Source: an uncultured Candidatus Rokubacteria bacterium (GTDB lineage Bacteria > Methylomirabilota > Methylomirabilia > Rokubacteriales > CSP1-6). From it: 64,000 nucleotides of DNA. Below, in pieces: positions 62,677-64,000 of this stretch. The position numbers and the translations under genes were made by a program. The stretch spans positions 256,001 through 320,000 of the forward strand of contig CAVWWD010000006.1 of NCBI GenBank assembly GCA_963758635.1, given 5' to 3'. The notes beneath the pieces were generated by a model that saw nothing but the letters and a program-made list of their open reading frames with translations, was not told where the DNA came from and made no database searches. Position 1 is the first letter of the stretch; each line of letters starts with the position of its first letter.

Positions 62677-64000
62677 CTAGCGGGGCTGGGCGAGGACCTC
62701 GGCGGCCTGCTTCTCGACCACGGTGCCCTTGAAGAAGTCGGGGTTGACCTCGCCCCAGAAGCGGACGGCGTTGGCGAACATGAAGTCGCGGAAGTCGTCG
62801 TCGGTGAGGAGGCCGTGCTCGACCAGCTCGTAGGCCTCGGGCACGACCTCGGTCATGTCGGGCACGTCGAAGTGGCCGATGTCGGAGCTGAACAGCGCGT
62901 TGAGGCGGGCGCCCATGGGCAGCGCCTTCCGGTTGAAGGCCCACGCGTTGATCGGATCGTCGGCCTCGCAGCCGAAGTAGTAGCGCGGCACGAAGAGATC
63001 GCGGATGTCCTGCTTGCGCGTGATCTGGCAGCGCGAGTAGTCGTCGAGGTCGGCGACGCCGCCGGTGCCGTTGCCGTTGTCGTCCAGCCCCACGCCGCGC
63101 CGCACCGCGTCCAGCCACGAACGGCTGGCCGTACTTCTCGGCGAGGGCGAGCAGCATGGAGCGATCGAGCGACGCGGGGTTCGTGTTGTCCAGGGCGTCC
63201 CGGTTCCGCTTCTCCCAGTGCCCGATGAGATCCGCGAAGAGCGAGCAGGCCCAGCCCACCCCGCCTTCGAGGAACGCGAAGTTCAGCTCGGGGAAGCGCC
63301 GCGTGACGCCGCCGAAGAAGAGCGCCTTGGCCATCGCCTCGCCCGCGGAGGCGAAGTGCCCGATGTGGTTGTAGCAGAAGTTCGACGGCGAGTTCCGCAG
63401 CAGGATCGAGCGCGCGCCGTTGTGGAAGCTCGGCGCGATGCGCAGCTCGCGGCACTTCTCCCACACCGGGTCGTAGTCGTGCTCGCTGTCGATGCCGATC
63501 ACGTCGTACCACTCCACGAAGCGCGCGGCGTCGGGATGCTCCTGGACGAGGGCCGGGATGGGCCGGCGGATCAGGCCGCCCATCATCACCACGCGCAGGC
63601 CGAGCTGGCGCGAGGCGAACTCCAGCTCCTCGATGGCCTCCTCCGGCGAGTACATGGGAATGATGGCGGCGGGGATGATGCGGTCCGCGTAGGGACGGAA
63701 CTGCTCGGCGGTGAACACGTTGTAGGCCCGGCAGAGGGCGCGGCGGAGCTTCTCCGGCGGCAGGCGATAGTAGCCGAGGCCGTTCGTCGGGTAGACCACG
63801 CAGAAGTCGAGGCCGAGGTCGTCGAGGCGCTCGTACATGAGCCGCGGCATCATCGCCGTCGCGCGGTCCAGCGTGTTCCTGGTGGGCAGGAACCAGAACG
63901 CCTCCTGCCCGATCCGCCGGCGCCGGCGCTCGTCCACCGACATGCTGAGCGAGTTGGGGATGCGCGCGCTCGCGAGGTCGAGGGCCTCCACCGCGGTGTC
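62677..64000 (-). CDS. Amidohydrolase family protein, paralog of 35358..36827; start outside window; frameshift near 63110
   Basis: NTLDRATAMMPRL, YDPVWEKC, FLEGGVGWAC, GCEADD, SSDIGHFD. Confidence 0.88.

Noticed and set aside
1..64000. Frequent frameshifts read as mass pseudogenisation or programmed frameshifting
   Set aside because: Single-base indels are scattered through otherwise well-conserved genes of all kinds, which fits long-read consensus error. Only genes with truncations or dense damage were called pseudogenes.

Overview
High-GC bacterial window. Gene content (class III cyclase/sigma54 fusions, GAF kinases, ABC substrate-binding proteins, many TA modules, a TonB system) suggests a diderm soil bacterium, possibly Candidatus Rokubacteria; this is inference only. 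Many otherwise intact genes have single-base frameshifts, most likely long-read errors, so several coordinates are approximate and stitched across frames. Contents: (i) an unusual minus-strand operon at 1298-8451 with a sigma54-type promoter, a class III cyclase with guanylyl-cyclase-like specificity residues, a sigma54 activator fused to a degenerate cyclase/TolB-like/TPR region, a PAP2 protein lacking the catalytic His, and a (Thr-Ala)n-PAP2-prolyl oligopeptidase fusion; (ii) catabolic enzymes (acyl-CoA ligase, BBE-like oxidase, sulfatase, PuuE-like, D-aminoacylase, CoxL-like, aminotransferase, deaminase, CDO, carbonic anhydrase, amidohydrolases); (iii) three intact and several broken TA modules, including a mosaic with an IS21 end; (iv) a type I R-M locus with a Fic gene next to a DUF2868/DUF3482-like GTPase pair; (v) a peptide ABC transporter; (vi) an ExbBD-TonB-receptor-PiuC iron uptake operon with a DtxR/IdeR-like operator; (vii) several REP-like repeat families. 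No rRNA, tRNA or CRISPR array was seen. The best candidate for an undescribed system is the 1298-8451 operon.
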